Below, piece after piece: positions 56,280 through 64,000 of a DNA stretch of 64,000 bases. Below the pieces are notes generated by a model that had not been told where the DNA came from, did not search any database, and saw nothing but the letters and a program-made list of their open reading frames with translations. Source of the stretch: Verrucomicrobiota bacterium (GTDB lineage Bacteria; Verrucomicrobiota; Verrucomicrobiia; Verrucomicrobiales; Akkermansiaceae); assembly GCA_040388015.1 (NCBI GenBank), contig JAZKCQ010000025.1:8170-72169 (forward strand). Reading direction: 5' to 3'. Position 1 is the first letter of the stretch; the number at the start of each line of letters is the position of its first letter. The position numbers and the translations under genes are program-made.

Positions 56280-56906
56280 ATGAAAAAAATCGGGATAGTC
56301 CTCATCGCCATTGTCGGATTGATCGTCGTTCTCGGGATGATGGTCGCCGGGAGTTATAACGGCCTCGTCGGAAAACAGCAGGGCGTGGACGCCGCCTGGG
56401 CGAACGTGCTCAACCAGTACCAACGCCGCGCCGATCTGGTGCCGAACCTGGTGAAAACCGTGGAAGGCTCCGCGAATTTTGAAAAATCCACGCTGGAGGC
56501 CGTGGTGAACGCCCGCGCCTCGGTGGGCAAGGTCACCATCGATCCGAGCAAGGCCCCGGCGGATGCGGCCACCTTGCAGAAGTTCCAGGAAGCGCAGGGG
56601 CAGTTCAGCAGCGCGCTGAGCCGCCTGCTGGTGGTCTCGGAAAACTATCCGGACCTCAAGGCGAGCGCGGGATTCCGCGACTTGCAGGCGCAGCTGGAAG
56701 GCACGGAAAACCGGATCTCCGTGGAGCGCGGACGCTTCAACGAGGTGGCGAAGGACTATAACACCGCGGTCCGCCGCTTCCCGGCGGTGTTGTTCGCCGG
56801 GATTTTCGGATTCAGCCCCAAGCCCTATTTCCAAGCCGACGCCGGCGCCGAGAAGGCCCCGGAGGTGAAGTTCGACTTCGGCGGCAAGGCTGCTCCCGCT
56901 AACTGA
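56280..56906 (+). CDS. lemA: LemA family protein
   Basis: YN.LV, YQRRADLVPNLV, ENYPDLKA and LEGTENRI motifs. Confidence 0.94.
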   Translation: MKKIGIVLIAIVGLIVVLGMMVAGSYNGLVGKQQGVDAAWANVLNQYQRRADLVPNLVKTVEGSANFEKSTLEAVVNARASVGKVTIDPSKAPADAATLQKFQEAQGQFSSALSRLLVVSENYPDLKASAGFRDLQAQLEGTENRISVERGRFNEVAKDYNTAVRRFPAVLFAGIFGFSPKPYFQADAGAEKAPEVKFDFGGKAAPAN

Positions 56907-56908
56907 AC

Positions 56909-57706
56909 ATGACCGGTTCCTGGCATCGTCCGGCATGGCTCGTGACGCTGGCGGTCTTGTTCTGGAGCATGGTCGCAGGCGTGCACGCCGCGGCTCCGCT
57001 CCCGGCGAGCCCGACGCCGAACTACATCCGCGACGAGGCCGGCTGGCTGGATACCCGCGCGTTTCTCACGCTGGATGCGAAGTTGCAGGCCTATGAACGG
57101 GAAACCTCGTCGCAGTTCCTGGTGGCGATCTTCCCGAAGATCCCGGAGGGCGAGGAGCTGTTTGACTTCAGCCAGCGGCTCTTCGAGTCATGGAAACCCG
57201 GCGGCGTGGAGAAGGACAACGGCGCGATTTTCCTGATCTTCGCGGACGACCGGAAGATGCGCATCCACACCGGCTTCGGCATGGAGGGCGTGCTGCCGGA
57301 CGCCCGCTGCAAGCAGATCATCCAGGACGTGGTGGCCCCGCTGCTCCGCCAGGGAAACCGCGAGGCGGCGGTGACCGCCGGGGTGGAGGCGATGATCGCC
57401 GCGGCGAAGGGCGAATACACCGGCACGGGCAAGACGCGGCTGGATGGGGAACAGGGCGGGAACTCGGACTGGATTCCGCTGCTTTTCCTCCTGCTCATCA
57501 TCGGCTTCTTCGTCTTCCGCGGAGTGTCGTCCGGGGCCTTCACGGTGGCGGACGTGATCTTCAGCATCCTGGGTGCCTCGCGCAGCTCGGGCGGCGGCTT
57601 CGGCGGTGGTTCGTCCGGCGGCGGCTGGAGCGGGGGTGGCGGCGGCGGAGGATTCTCCGGCGGCGGTGGCAGCAGCGGCGGGGGAGGCGCGAGCGGCAGC
57701 TGGTGA
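56909..57706 (+). CDS. TPM domain protein (YgcG-like) with Gly-rich tail
   Basis: DNG, DRKMRI.TG.G.EG.LPD and FSGGGGSSGGGGASGSW motifs. Confidence 0.92.
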   Translation: MTGSWHRPAWLVTLAVLFWSMVAGVHAAAPLPASPTPNYIRDEAGWLDTRAFLTLDAKLQAYERETSSQFLVAIFPKIPEGEELFDFSQRLFESWKPGGVEKDNGAIFLIFADDRKMRIHTGFGMEGVLPDARCKQIIQDVVAPLLRQGNREAAVTAGVEAMIAAAKGEYTGTGKTRLDGEQGGNSDWIPLLFLLLIIGFFVFRGVSSGAFTVADVIFSILGASRSSGGGFGGGSSGGGWSGGGGGGGFSGGGGSSGGGGASGSW

Positions 57707-58137
57707 TGACCATGAAAGCACTTTTAACAACCGAGGAGGAGCATCTGCTGGTGGACGCGATCCGCGAGCAGGAGCTGCGGACCAGCGCGGAGATCCGCGT
57801 GTGCGTGACCTACAAGTTCATCCTGCGTCCCGAGCGCTATGCCTGGCGGGTCTTCGACCGCACCGGCATGCGCGACACCCGCCAGCGGAACGGCGCGCTC
57901 ATCGTGATGATGCCGCGGATGAAAAAGGTGGTCGTCATCGGCGACAGCGGATTCGACGCGGTCGTGCCGGAAGGCTACTGGAAAGAGGCGGTGGATGCGA
58001 TGGTCCGTGAGATGCACGGGTCCACACCGCTCGACGCGCTGCGCGAGGGGCTGCGCCGCCTCGGGGATTCGTTGGCGGTGCATTGGCCGCGTGAGGAGGG
58101 TGATGTGAACGAGCTGCCGGATGAGATCCTGAGCTGA
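57706..58137 (+). CDS. TPM domain protein
   Basis: E.RTSAEIRV, T..RNG.LI, IGDSG and NELPDEI motifs. Confidence 0.9.
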   Translation: MTMKALLTTEEEHLLVDAIREQELRTSAEIRVCVTYKFILRPERYAWRVFDRTGMRDTRQRNGALIVMMPRMKKVVVIGDSGFDAVVPEGYWKEAVDAMVREMHGSTPLDALREGLRRLGDSLAVHWPREEGDVNELPDEILS

Positions 58138-58247
58138 CCCCGCCCCGCCGCGCGAATGGCAGGATATGCGCAGTGCTTGATAGGCCGTCAGTAGTGGTCC
58201 GGGTGTTTTATGGAGATGCTGGCTCCGCAACTCGAAGCAACATCATC

Positions 58248-59210
58248 ATGAAAAATCCGCTCACCACTATCAGTTCGTTCGGCGCCTTCGGTCTTCTCAG
58301 CTCCTTCGCCTTCGCGGGATCGGTGGCCATCGATCCCGCCGCCCCGGCCGCCACAGCCTCTGCCGATGGATTTGCCCAGGCCCGCCGCCCGATCAGCAAT
58401 CCGACCTTGTTCGACCTCGCGCTGCCGACCACCAACGTGCACCCGCTTTTCATCTATCACTCCCTGCCGGATTCGATCCAGACCCGCCTCGGCAACCTGC
58501 CGTTGGGCGGCGATGTGGAGCTCTATGCGCTGCAGTTCGAAATCGCGATCAACGACCGCCTCTCCATCGTCGCCACCAAGGACGGCTACGTGGAGGTGAA
58601 CCCGGATAGCACCGCCAGCAGCGAGAGCGGCTTCGCCGATCTGGGGGCGGGGCTGAAATACGCGTTCATTCTCGATCCCGTCTCGCAGACCGCCCTGAGC
58701 GGCACGCTGACCTTCGAGCTCCCCACCGGAAACAGCGATGTCTTCCAGGGCGAGGGCAGGGGTGCGGCGAATCTCATCGTGTCCGGTCTGAAGCTGGTGG
58801 ACGACTGGCAGTTCGCCGCCGGTGCCGGAGCGCGCATTCCTTTTTCCGATGAGCAATCCACGGAAGGCTGGCTCAGCGCGCATGCGAGCTATGAGATCTC
58901 CCGATACTTCATTCCTTTGGTGGAAATGAACTGGTTCCACGTCATCGAGTCCGGCAACGGCACGGGAAATTATCCGTCCCAGGTCGGCGGTGCCATCCCC
59001 GCGGTGGTCGAATTCGAAGGCGGTGATCTCTTCAACCTCGGAGCGGCGAACTCCCACGCCAACCGAGATCTCGTGACGGCGGCCTTCGGTTTCCGCTCGC
59101 GTATCTGCAATGCGGTCGATGCGGGCATGGCTTATGAAATCCCGCTGACCAACGACGAGACCAGCCTGATGGAGAACCGCGTCACGGTGGATCTGGTTTG
59201 GAGGTTCTGA
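58248..59210 (+). CDS. Probable outer-membrane beta-barrel protein
   Basis: Signal peptide, PISNP, RLSIVATKDG, GFADL..GLKY, FELPTG and terminal Phe. Confidence 0.78.
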   Translation: MKNPLTTISSFGAFGLLSSFAFAGSVAIDPAAPAATASADGFAQARRPISNPTLFDLALPTTNVHPLFIYHSLPDSIQTRLGNLPLGGDVELYALQFEIAINDRLSIVATKDGYVEVNPDSTASSESGFADLGAGLKYAFILDPVSQTALSGTLTFELPTGNSDVFQGEGRGAANLIVSGLKLVDDWQFAAGAGARIPFSDEQSTEGWLSAHASYEISRYFIPLVEMNWFHVIESGNGTGNYPSQVGGAIPAVVEFEGGDLFNLGAANSHANRDLVTAAFGFRSRICNAVDAGMAYEIPLTNDETSLMENRVTVDLVWRF

Positions 59211-59222
59211 GTTCTCTGCCTG

Positions 59223-59708
59223 CTAGTTGGTTTGCAGGGATTCCAGGATACCCGCGCAGCCGTCCTCTAGCAGCGCGATGACGTGGTCGAAGCCGCGTTG
59301 CCCGCCGTAGTAGGGGTCCGGCACGCGGAGGTCGTCGTGCGTGCGGCAGTAGCTGACGAAGGCGCGGATCTTCGGGTGGAGCCTGCCGGTTTTGTCGAGC
59401 CGCTGGACGTCGGAAAGGTTTGTCTCGTCCATGGTCACGATGAGGTCGAAGGTTTTTAGGTCGTCCTCCGCGAGCCGCCTCGCCCGGCCGGCGATGGCGT
59501 ATCCCTTGCGCTGGAGCGTTTCCGACATCCGGGAATCCGGCGGCGATCCGGCGTGATGGCCGATGGTGCCGGCGGAATCGATTTCAAATTCCTCCGCGCG
59601 TCCGGCATCGGCCGCCTGCTGGCGGAAAATGATCTCGGCGGCTGGAGATCGGCAGATGTTGCCAAGGCAAACGAAGAGAACGCGATGGGGGGAGCGGGAG
59701 GATTGCAT
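59223..59708 (-). CDS. Low-molecular-weight protein-tyrosine phosphatase
   Basis: VLFVCLGNICRSP, DSAGT and VPDPYYG motifs. Confidence 0.94.
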   Translation of the reverse strand: MQSSRSPHRVLFVCLGNICRSPAAEIIFRQQAADAGRAEEFEIDSAGTIGHHAGSPPDSRMSETLQRKGYAIAGRARRLAEDDLKTFDLIVTMDETNLSDVQRLDKTGRLHPKIRAFVSYCRTHDDLRVPDPYYGGQRGFDHVIALLEDGCAGILESLQTN

Positions 59709-59848
59709 GGGTGGGTGGAGAGCCGGAATCGGGGGAAAACCCTCCGTTGACAACTTAAAATCACGACCCTACGCGATTTGCACGATTTCTGGAAATACCG
59801 CGCAACCATCGGGGGCTTGCGCGGTTACGACACCACACACTCATATTT

Positions 59849-61237
59849 ATGAAAAATCCTTGGATTCTCCCTGTTGCTGCGTTGGTGGTTGGTGCCGCCG
59901 GCGGATATATTTCTGGAAAAGGCTCGGAAGACGGTGCCAAAGCCCCGACCGCCGAGGAGATCGCCCAGAGGACCCGTTCCGCCGCCCGCCCTGAATCGTC
60001 TTCGGGCGAAGCGACCAAGAAAAGCCGGGTCGCGAACGCGGAACAGATCTCCCGCATGCCGGGAAATTCCAACCGCATCCAGGCGCTGCTTGAATTTTAC
60101 GAAGGCCTCTCCGCCGAGCAACTCGCGGAAGAAGCGACCAAGCTCGACGGCCTGCCGATGAACGAGCGCATCATGGCCTCCATCCTCCTCTTCGGCCGCT
60201 GGGCGGAAGTGGATGCGAGCGCGGCCATGGCATTCTCCAACACGATGGGCTTCGCCGGGGGCTTCGTGCGGCCGACGATTCTCCAGAGCTGGTCCAGCGT
60301 CGATCCCGCCGGAGCCGCGAAATACTATGCGGAAAATCCACGGGAATTCGCCATGATGGGAATGATGGGCGGTCGCGGCGGCCCGATGGGCGGCGGCCAA
60401 GGCGGTGCGTCGATCATCGCCAGCGAGTGGGCCCGCCAGGACCCGGCGGCAGCCATGGCCTGGGCCGCATCCCTCACCACCGAAAAAGGCGCGGCCATGA
60501 ACTCGGTGATCAGCGAAATCGCCAAGACCGATCCCCGCAAGGCGGCGGACATGATCAAGCAGATGGACGCTGCCGACCAGGCCGACGCATATCGCTCGGT
60601 GGCGGCTCAATACGGTGCTCTCGATTTCGCCGAGGCCCAGACCTGGATCCGCTCGCTTCCCGCCGACGACCAGGCCGCAGCCCTGGCTTCCGCCATCGGC
60701 GGGCTTTCCAACAACGATCCCTCCGCCGCCGCCAAGCAGGTCGCCCTGATGGCGGAAGGTGATGCGAAGGACCGCGTGATCGGCGATGTCGTGTCCGACC
60801 TCGCCCGGGTCGATCCCCAAGCGGCCGCGGAGTTTCTCAACGCCCAGCAAAGCGAAAGAGCCCAGCGCGATGGCATGCGCGAGCTGATGCCGACCTGGAC
60901 CAACCAGAATCCTGTGGCCGCGCTGAAATACGCCCAAGGTCTGCCGGAAGGAAATGTCCGGGACAGCGCCCTCGGAGCCTATGTCTGGAGCAACAACACA
61001 AGCGCTCCCAAGGATCTGGTGGTGGCTGCGGAAGGCATCGCCGATGATGGCGACCGCAACCGTACGATCGGCGTCGCCGCGATGAAGTGGATGCGCGAGG
61101 ACAAGGCTGCCGCGACCGACTACATCGAGTCCTCGGATCTTCCGGATGATGCGAAAGAGCGCATCATCGAAGGCCGTGGCATGTGGGGCGGTGGCGGCCC
61201 GGGCGGTGGAAACCGCAGACAAGGCCGCGGGGATTGA
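59849..61237 (+). CDS. Membrane-anchored alpha-solenoid repeat protein
   Basis: N-terminal TM and repeated W..xDP..A..W/Y units; Gly/Arg-rich tail. Confidence 0.8.
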   Translation: MKNPWILPVAALVVGAAGGYISGKGSEDGAKAPTAEEIAQRTRSAARPESSSGEATKKSRVANAEQISRMPGNSNRIQALLEFYEGLSAEQLAEEATKLDGLPMNERIMASILLFGRWAEVDASAAMAFSNTMGFAGGFVRPTILQSWSSVDPAGAAKYYAENPREFAMMGMMGGRGGPMGGGQGGASIIASEWARQDPAAAMAWAASLTTEKGAAMNSVISEIAKTDPRKAADMIKQMDAADQADAYRSVAAQYGALDFAEAQTWIRSLPADDQAAALASAIGGLSNNDPSAAAKQVALMAEGDAKDRVIGDVVSDLARVDPQAAAEFLNAQQSERAQRDGMRELMPTWTNQNPVAALKYAQGLPEGNVRDSALGAYVWSNNTSAPKDLVVAAEGIADDGDRNRTIGVAAMKWMREDKAAATDYIESSDLPDDAKERIIEGRGMWGGGGPGGGNRRQGRGD

Positions 61238-61258
61238 TTTCCGCAGACCGGGATTTTC

Positions 61259-61291
61259 AAACCGTGGATCTTCAGGGATCCACGGTTTTTT
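61259..61291 (+). terminator. Rho-independent terminator
   Basis: AAACCGTGGATC-loop-GATCCACGGTTT followed by a T-run. Confidence 0.8.
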
Positions 61292-61295
61292 GATG

Positions 61296-62255
61296 TCAGC
61301 GTTTCTGATCCAGCACGAGAAACGCACCGCCGGCCCCTGCTTCGTCGCTGAGGGACGGGTCATGGGCGCTCTGATGGGGGTGGAGGAAGCTGCCGAAGCT
61401 CGTGATCTGCTGCTCGGCGACCCACGGTTGGCTCCAGTGCATGAGATCGGTGAAATTCACATCGGCCGTGAGATCCTGGCGGCCCGGGTTTTCATAGATG
61501 GCCGCACCTTCAAGCCGCTGCTGGAGCAGGTAGGCACGGAGGGTGCCGCGCGGGCGGCGGTGATAGAGGGTTTCCGCCTCGGCGCCGTAGTCGATGGTGA
61601 GCATGCGGCCGGATTTCCACCACGGCATCCAATCCGCCAGGTGACGGCGGTAGGACTCGTGAACCTCGATCCATTGGCCGGGCGGGTGGCTTTCGAGAAA
61701 ACCGGTCGAGTCCGGCAGCGGGGCAGGGGGAAGGAGTGATTCGTTCGCCCGCTTCTGTCCGTCGAATTCAACGGCCAGCTCCTGCCATCCGTCGGGTGTT
61801 TTTTGAAAACGCCGGACCGGAAATGCGTCCACCAGTTCGTTCGAATAGATCACCGCCTTTCCGCCGCAGGCGTTGAGCGCGTCTTGAATCCTGGTGTGAT
61901 GGCTGGCGCGGTTGCGCAGCATCTCCCGCTGGCGGGCGGCGAGGGGGGCGGAGGTTTCCACGAGATGCAGCCGGGTTTTCCAGCGCACGTGCCACGGCAG
62001 ATGGTCGAGCACTCCGGAGGCGAGTCTGCCTTCACCCGGACCGACTTCGATGAGATCCCGGCATCCGGTCTCCTTCATCGCCCGCGCGGCCCAGGCCGCG
62101 ATCGCGCGGGCGGGGGCTTCCGACAGCATCGGAGCGGTGGTGAAGTCTCCGCGGCGGCCCACTCCTGAAATCCGGCGGGCGTAGTAACCGTGCTGCGGAT
62201 CATGCAGCGCATGCGCCATGAATTGCTCGAAGGAGATGGGGGAGCCGGAATTCAA
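61296..62255 (-). CDS. SAM-dependent methyltransferase, MidA/NDUFAF7 family
   Basis: FM..AL...GYY, GDFTTAP, EVGPGEG, SNELVDAFP, IDYG and DLTADVNF motifs. Confidence 0.92.
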   Translation of the reverse strand: MNSGSPISFEQFMAHALHDPQHGYYARRISGVGRRGDFTTAPMLSEAPARAIAAWAARAMKETGCRDLIEVGPGEGRLASGVLDHLPWHVRWKTRLHLVETSAPLAARQREMLRNRASHHTRIQDALNACGGKAVIYSNELVDAFPVRRFQKTPDGWQELAVEFDGQKRANESLLPPAPLPDSTGFLESHPPGQWIEVHESYRRHLADWMPWWKSGRMLTIDYGAEAETLYHRRPRGTLRAYLLQQRLEGAAIYENPGRQDLTADVNFTDLMHWSQPWVAEQQITSFGSFLHPHQSAHDPSLSDEAGAGGAFLVLDQKR

Positions 62256-62270
62256 CGTTGAGGAGCCTCA

Positions 62271-62308
62271 AACAAAACAACCGCGATCCTTGCGGAGCGC
62301 GGTTGTTT
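62271..62308 (-). terminator. Terminator after rpsP
   Basis: AAACAACCGCG ... CGCGGTTGTTT inverted repeat with a T-rich tail on the minus strand. Confidence 0.7.
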
Positions 62309-62332
62309 GGAAATTCAGTGGATCGGGATCGA

Positions 62333-62590
62333 TCAAGCTTGGGCGGCAGCAGCGGTGCGAGCCTTGCGGATCATGCTGTTGACGGTTTCGGAAGGCTTGG
62401 CACCGACGGCGAGCCATTTGTCGGCGAGCGCGAGGTCGATGGTGTAGTTGGTGCCTTCAAGAAGCGGATCGTAGGTGCCGAGCTGCTCGATGAAACGTCC
62501 GTCGCGGCGCTTGCGGCTGTCAACGGCAACGATTTTGTAGTAAGGACGGTCTTTGGTGCCCTTGCGGTTGAGACGGAGAGATACGGACAT
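62333..62590 (-). CDS. rpsP: 30S ribosomal protein S16
   Basis: [23 protein letters not shown] and W...GA.PSETV motifs. Confidence 0.97.
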   Translation of the reverse strand: MSVSLRLNRKGTKDRPYYKIVAVDSRKRRDGRFIEQLGTYDPLLEGTNYTIDLALADKWLAVGAKPSETVNSMIRKARTAAAAQA

Positions 62591-62726
62591 GATATTGAAG
62601 CTCTTTAACGTGCCCGGAGACGGGCGGGCGCGGAAATTGCAAGATCTGCCGCGGATTGCCAAGCAGAATCTTGATGAATTTCGCAATTCATTCGGGTTTC
62701 CGTAGTTTTGAGATGGGAAATCCGCT

Positions 62727-64000
62727 TCAATCGGAAGTCTCAGGACGCGAGATGAGGGTGGTCAGCAACTGCTGGAGCTGCTGGAGCGGCTCGGGGTCGT
62801 GGATTTTCTCTCCCTCCGGGGTTGTGATGTACAGGGTGTCCATGGCGACGCCTTTTTCGGTGCAGATCCGGGCGTGGGCGGTGTTGATGCCGAACTGGTT
62901 GACTGCGTGGAACAGGTCATGGAGCAGGCCGATGCGGTCGAGCCCCTGGATTTCCACCGTGGTGCAGGTGGGATGGAGGCTGTTGCTGACGTAGGCGCGG
63001 ACCGGGACCTTGATGCCGTGATCGGCGCGCGGCTTGAGGAAGTTGACCTTGCGACGGAGGTATTTTTCCGGCTCGTAGTTCTCCGTGATGAGGATGGCCT
63101 CGAAGGTGTCCAAAAAGCGCTTGCGGGTGGAGGCGGCGGAGACCGGCTCGAAGTTGGTGGTGCAGACGTTGAAGATGTTCACCACGATGCCGTCCTGCCG
63201 GGTGAAGAAGTCGGCGGATAGAATGTTGATCTGCTCGGAGGCAAGGGCGCAGCAGACTTTTTCCAACAACAGCGGCTTGTCGCGGCAGGCGAGGACCATC
63301 TCGGTGTAGCCCTTGTCGGTGTGGTCGATCCACTTGATGCACGAGGCGAAGGGATCCGAGGTCTCGGATTCCCGTTGGAGGAAATGACGGACGGTGCGGA
63401 CCTGGGTGACGATGTGCGCGGCCTGCCGGAAGTGGAACGCGGCGGGGGGCATCTGCTCGAAGTGATGCTTCACGTCCGGATGATAGTCCTCGCGCATGAT
63501 GCCGAGGACTTCGTCGCGCAGGGCGAGGCGGTCGGCCTTGAGCTGGCGCGAGTATTTCTCCTTGCCGCCCTCGAGGTAGTTGCGGGTGGCTTTGTGAAGC
63601 TGGAGCATGAGGCTTTCTTTCCAGCCGTTCCAGCCGTCGGGCGAGGTGCCGTTGGAGTCGGCGAAGGTGAAAAGGAACAGCGCGTCGAGATTGGACGGCG
63701 TTTTCACGATTTTCGCGAACTCGCCGATAACTTCGGGATCGTCGAGATTACGGGTGGTGGCCGTGCGCCAGAAGGTGAGGTGGTTGTCCACAAGGAACAT
63801 GATCAGCGTCCGGCGTTCGCCCCGGATCTGAAGGCGGTTGCAAAGCCGCGAAGCGAGCATGGCGGAGCCGTCGATGTGCTCACGGACATTCTCGGCACGG
63901 CCGGTGTCGTGGAGGATCACCGCGAGATAGAGCGCGTAGGAATCCTGCACGTCGAGGAACAGGCGCCGGTAGATCTCCCGGCGCGGGTCGGTCTCCGCGA
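62727..64000 (-). CDS. glnD: PII uridylyltransferase/uridylyl-removing enzyme, 3' part (runs off the window)
   Basis: HD domain (LHDTGR, NHL, TFAD...WNGWK) and two ACT domains (DKPLLL, DRIGLL...TEK.VA.DT.Y). Confidence 0.92.
   Translation of the reverse strand, partial: AETDPRREIYRRLFLDVQDSYALYLAVILHDTGRAENVREHIDGSAMLASRLCNRLQIRGERRTLIMFLVDNHLTFWRTATTRNLDDPEVIGEFAKIVKTPSNLDALFLFTFADSNGTSPDGWNGWKESLMLQLHKATRNYLEGGKEKYSRQLKADRLALRDEVLGIMREDYHPDVKHHFEQMPPAAFHFRQAAHIVTQVRTVRHFLQRESETSDPFASCIKWIDHTDKGYTEMVLACRDKPLLLEKVCCALASEQINILSADFFTRQDGIVVNIFNVCTTNFEPVSAASTRKRFLDTFEAILITENYEPEKYLRRKVNFLKPRADHGIKVPVRAYVSNSLHPTCTTVEIQGLDRIGLLHDLFHAVNQFGINTAHARICTEKGVAMDTLYITTPEGEKIHDPEPLQQLQQLLTTLISRPETSD

Noticed and set aside
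57585-57706. GGC-rich low-complexity repeat
   Set aside because: It is the ordinary Gly/Ser tail of TPM-domain proteins.
59223-59708. YwlE-type arginine phosphatase partnering McsB
   Set aside because: The P-loop is CLGNICRS (Ile, tyrosine-phosphatase type) rather than CTGNTCRS, and the gene is 50 kb away.

Overview
GC-rich bacterial chromosomal segment. Gene content and protein styles suggest Verrucomicrobiota, probably Luteolibacter-like (inference). It is mostly housekeeping: ROK kinase, apaG, ilvE-mcsA-mcsB-clpC, rplI, rnhB, tRNA-Thr(CGT), ccsA-hemA-hemC-cobA/hemD, truA, pdxH, a TatD-family gene, a GH2 enzyme, panE, lemA-TPM-TPM, rpsP and partial glnD. Three things stand out. (1) At about 21.4-23.8 kb, short co-oriented ORFs and ORF remnants are separated by five 87-88 bp imperfect palindromes with integron attC box geometry; there is no integrase in the window and most R'' boxes are eroded, so it looks like a decaying cassette array (CALIN). 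(2) A 13 x 22-bp tandem repeat lies between divergent genes at 55.6-55.9 kb. (3) A PVC-type envelope/secreted-protein cluster at 37-53 kb holds a coiled-coil membrane protein, a prenyltransferase/squalene-cyclase-repeat protein, three paralogous 'NGD' repeat proteins, a PPC-domain protein, DUF1501 and a probable pseudokinase. Several REP-like palindromes and probable catalytically degenerate enzymes are also noted. All calls come from reading motifs by eye; no database searches were run.
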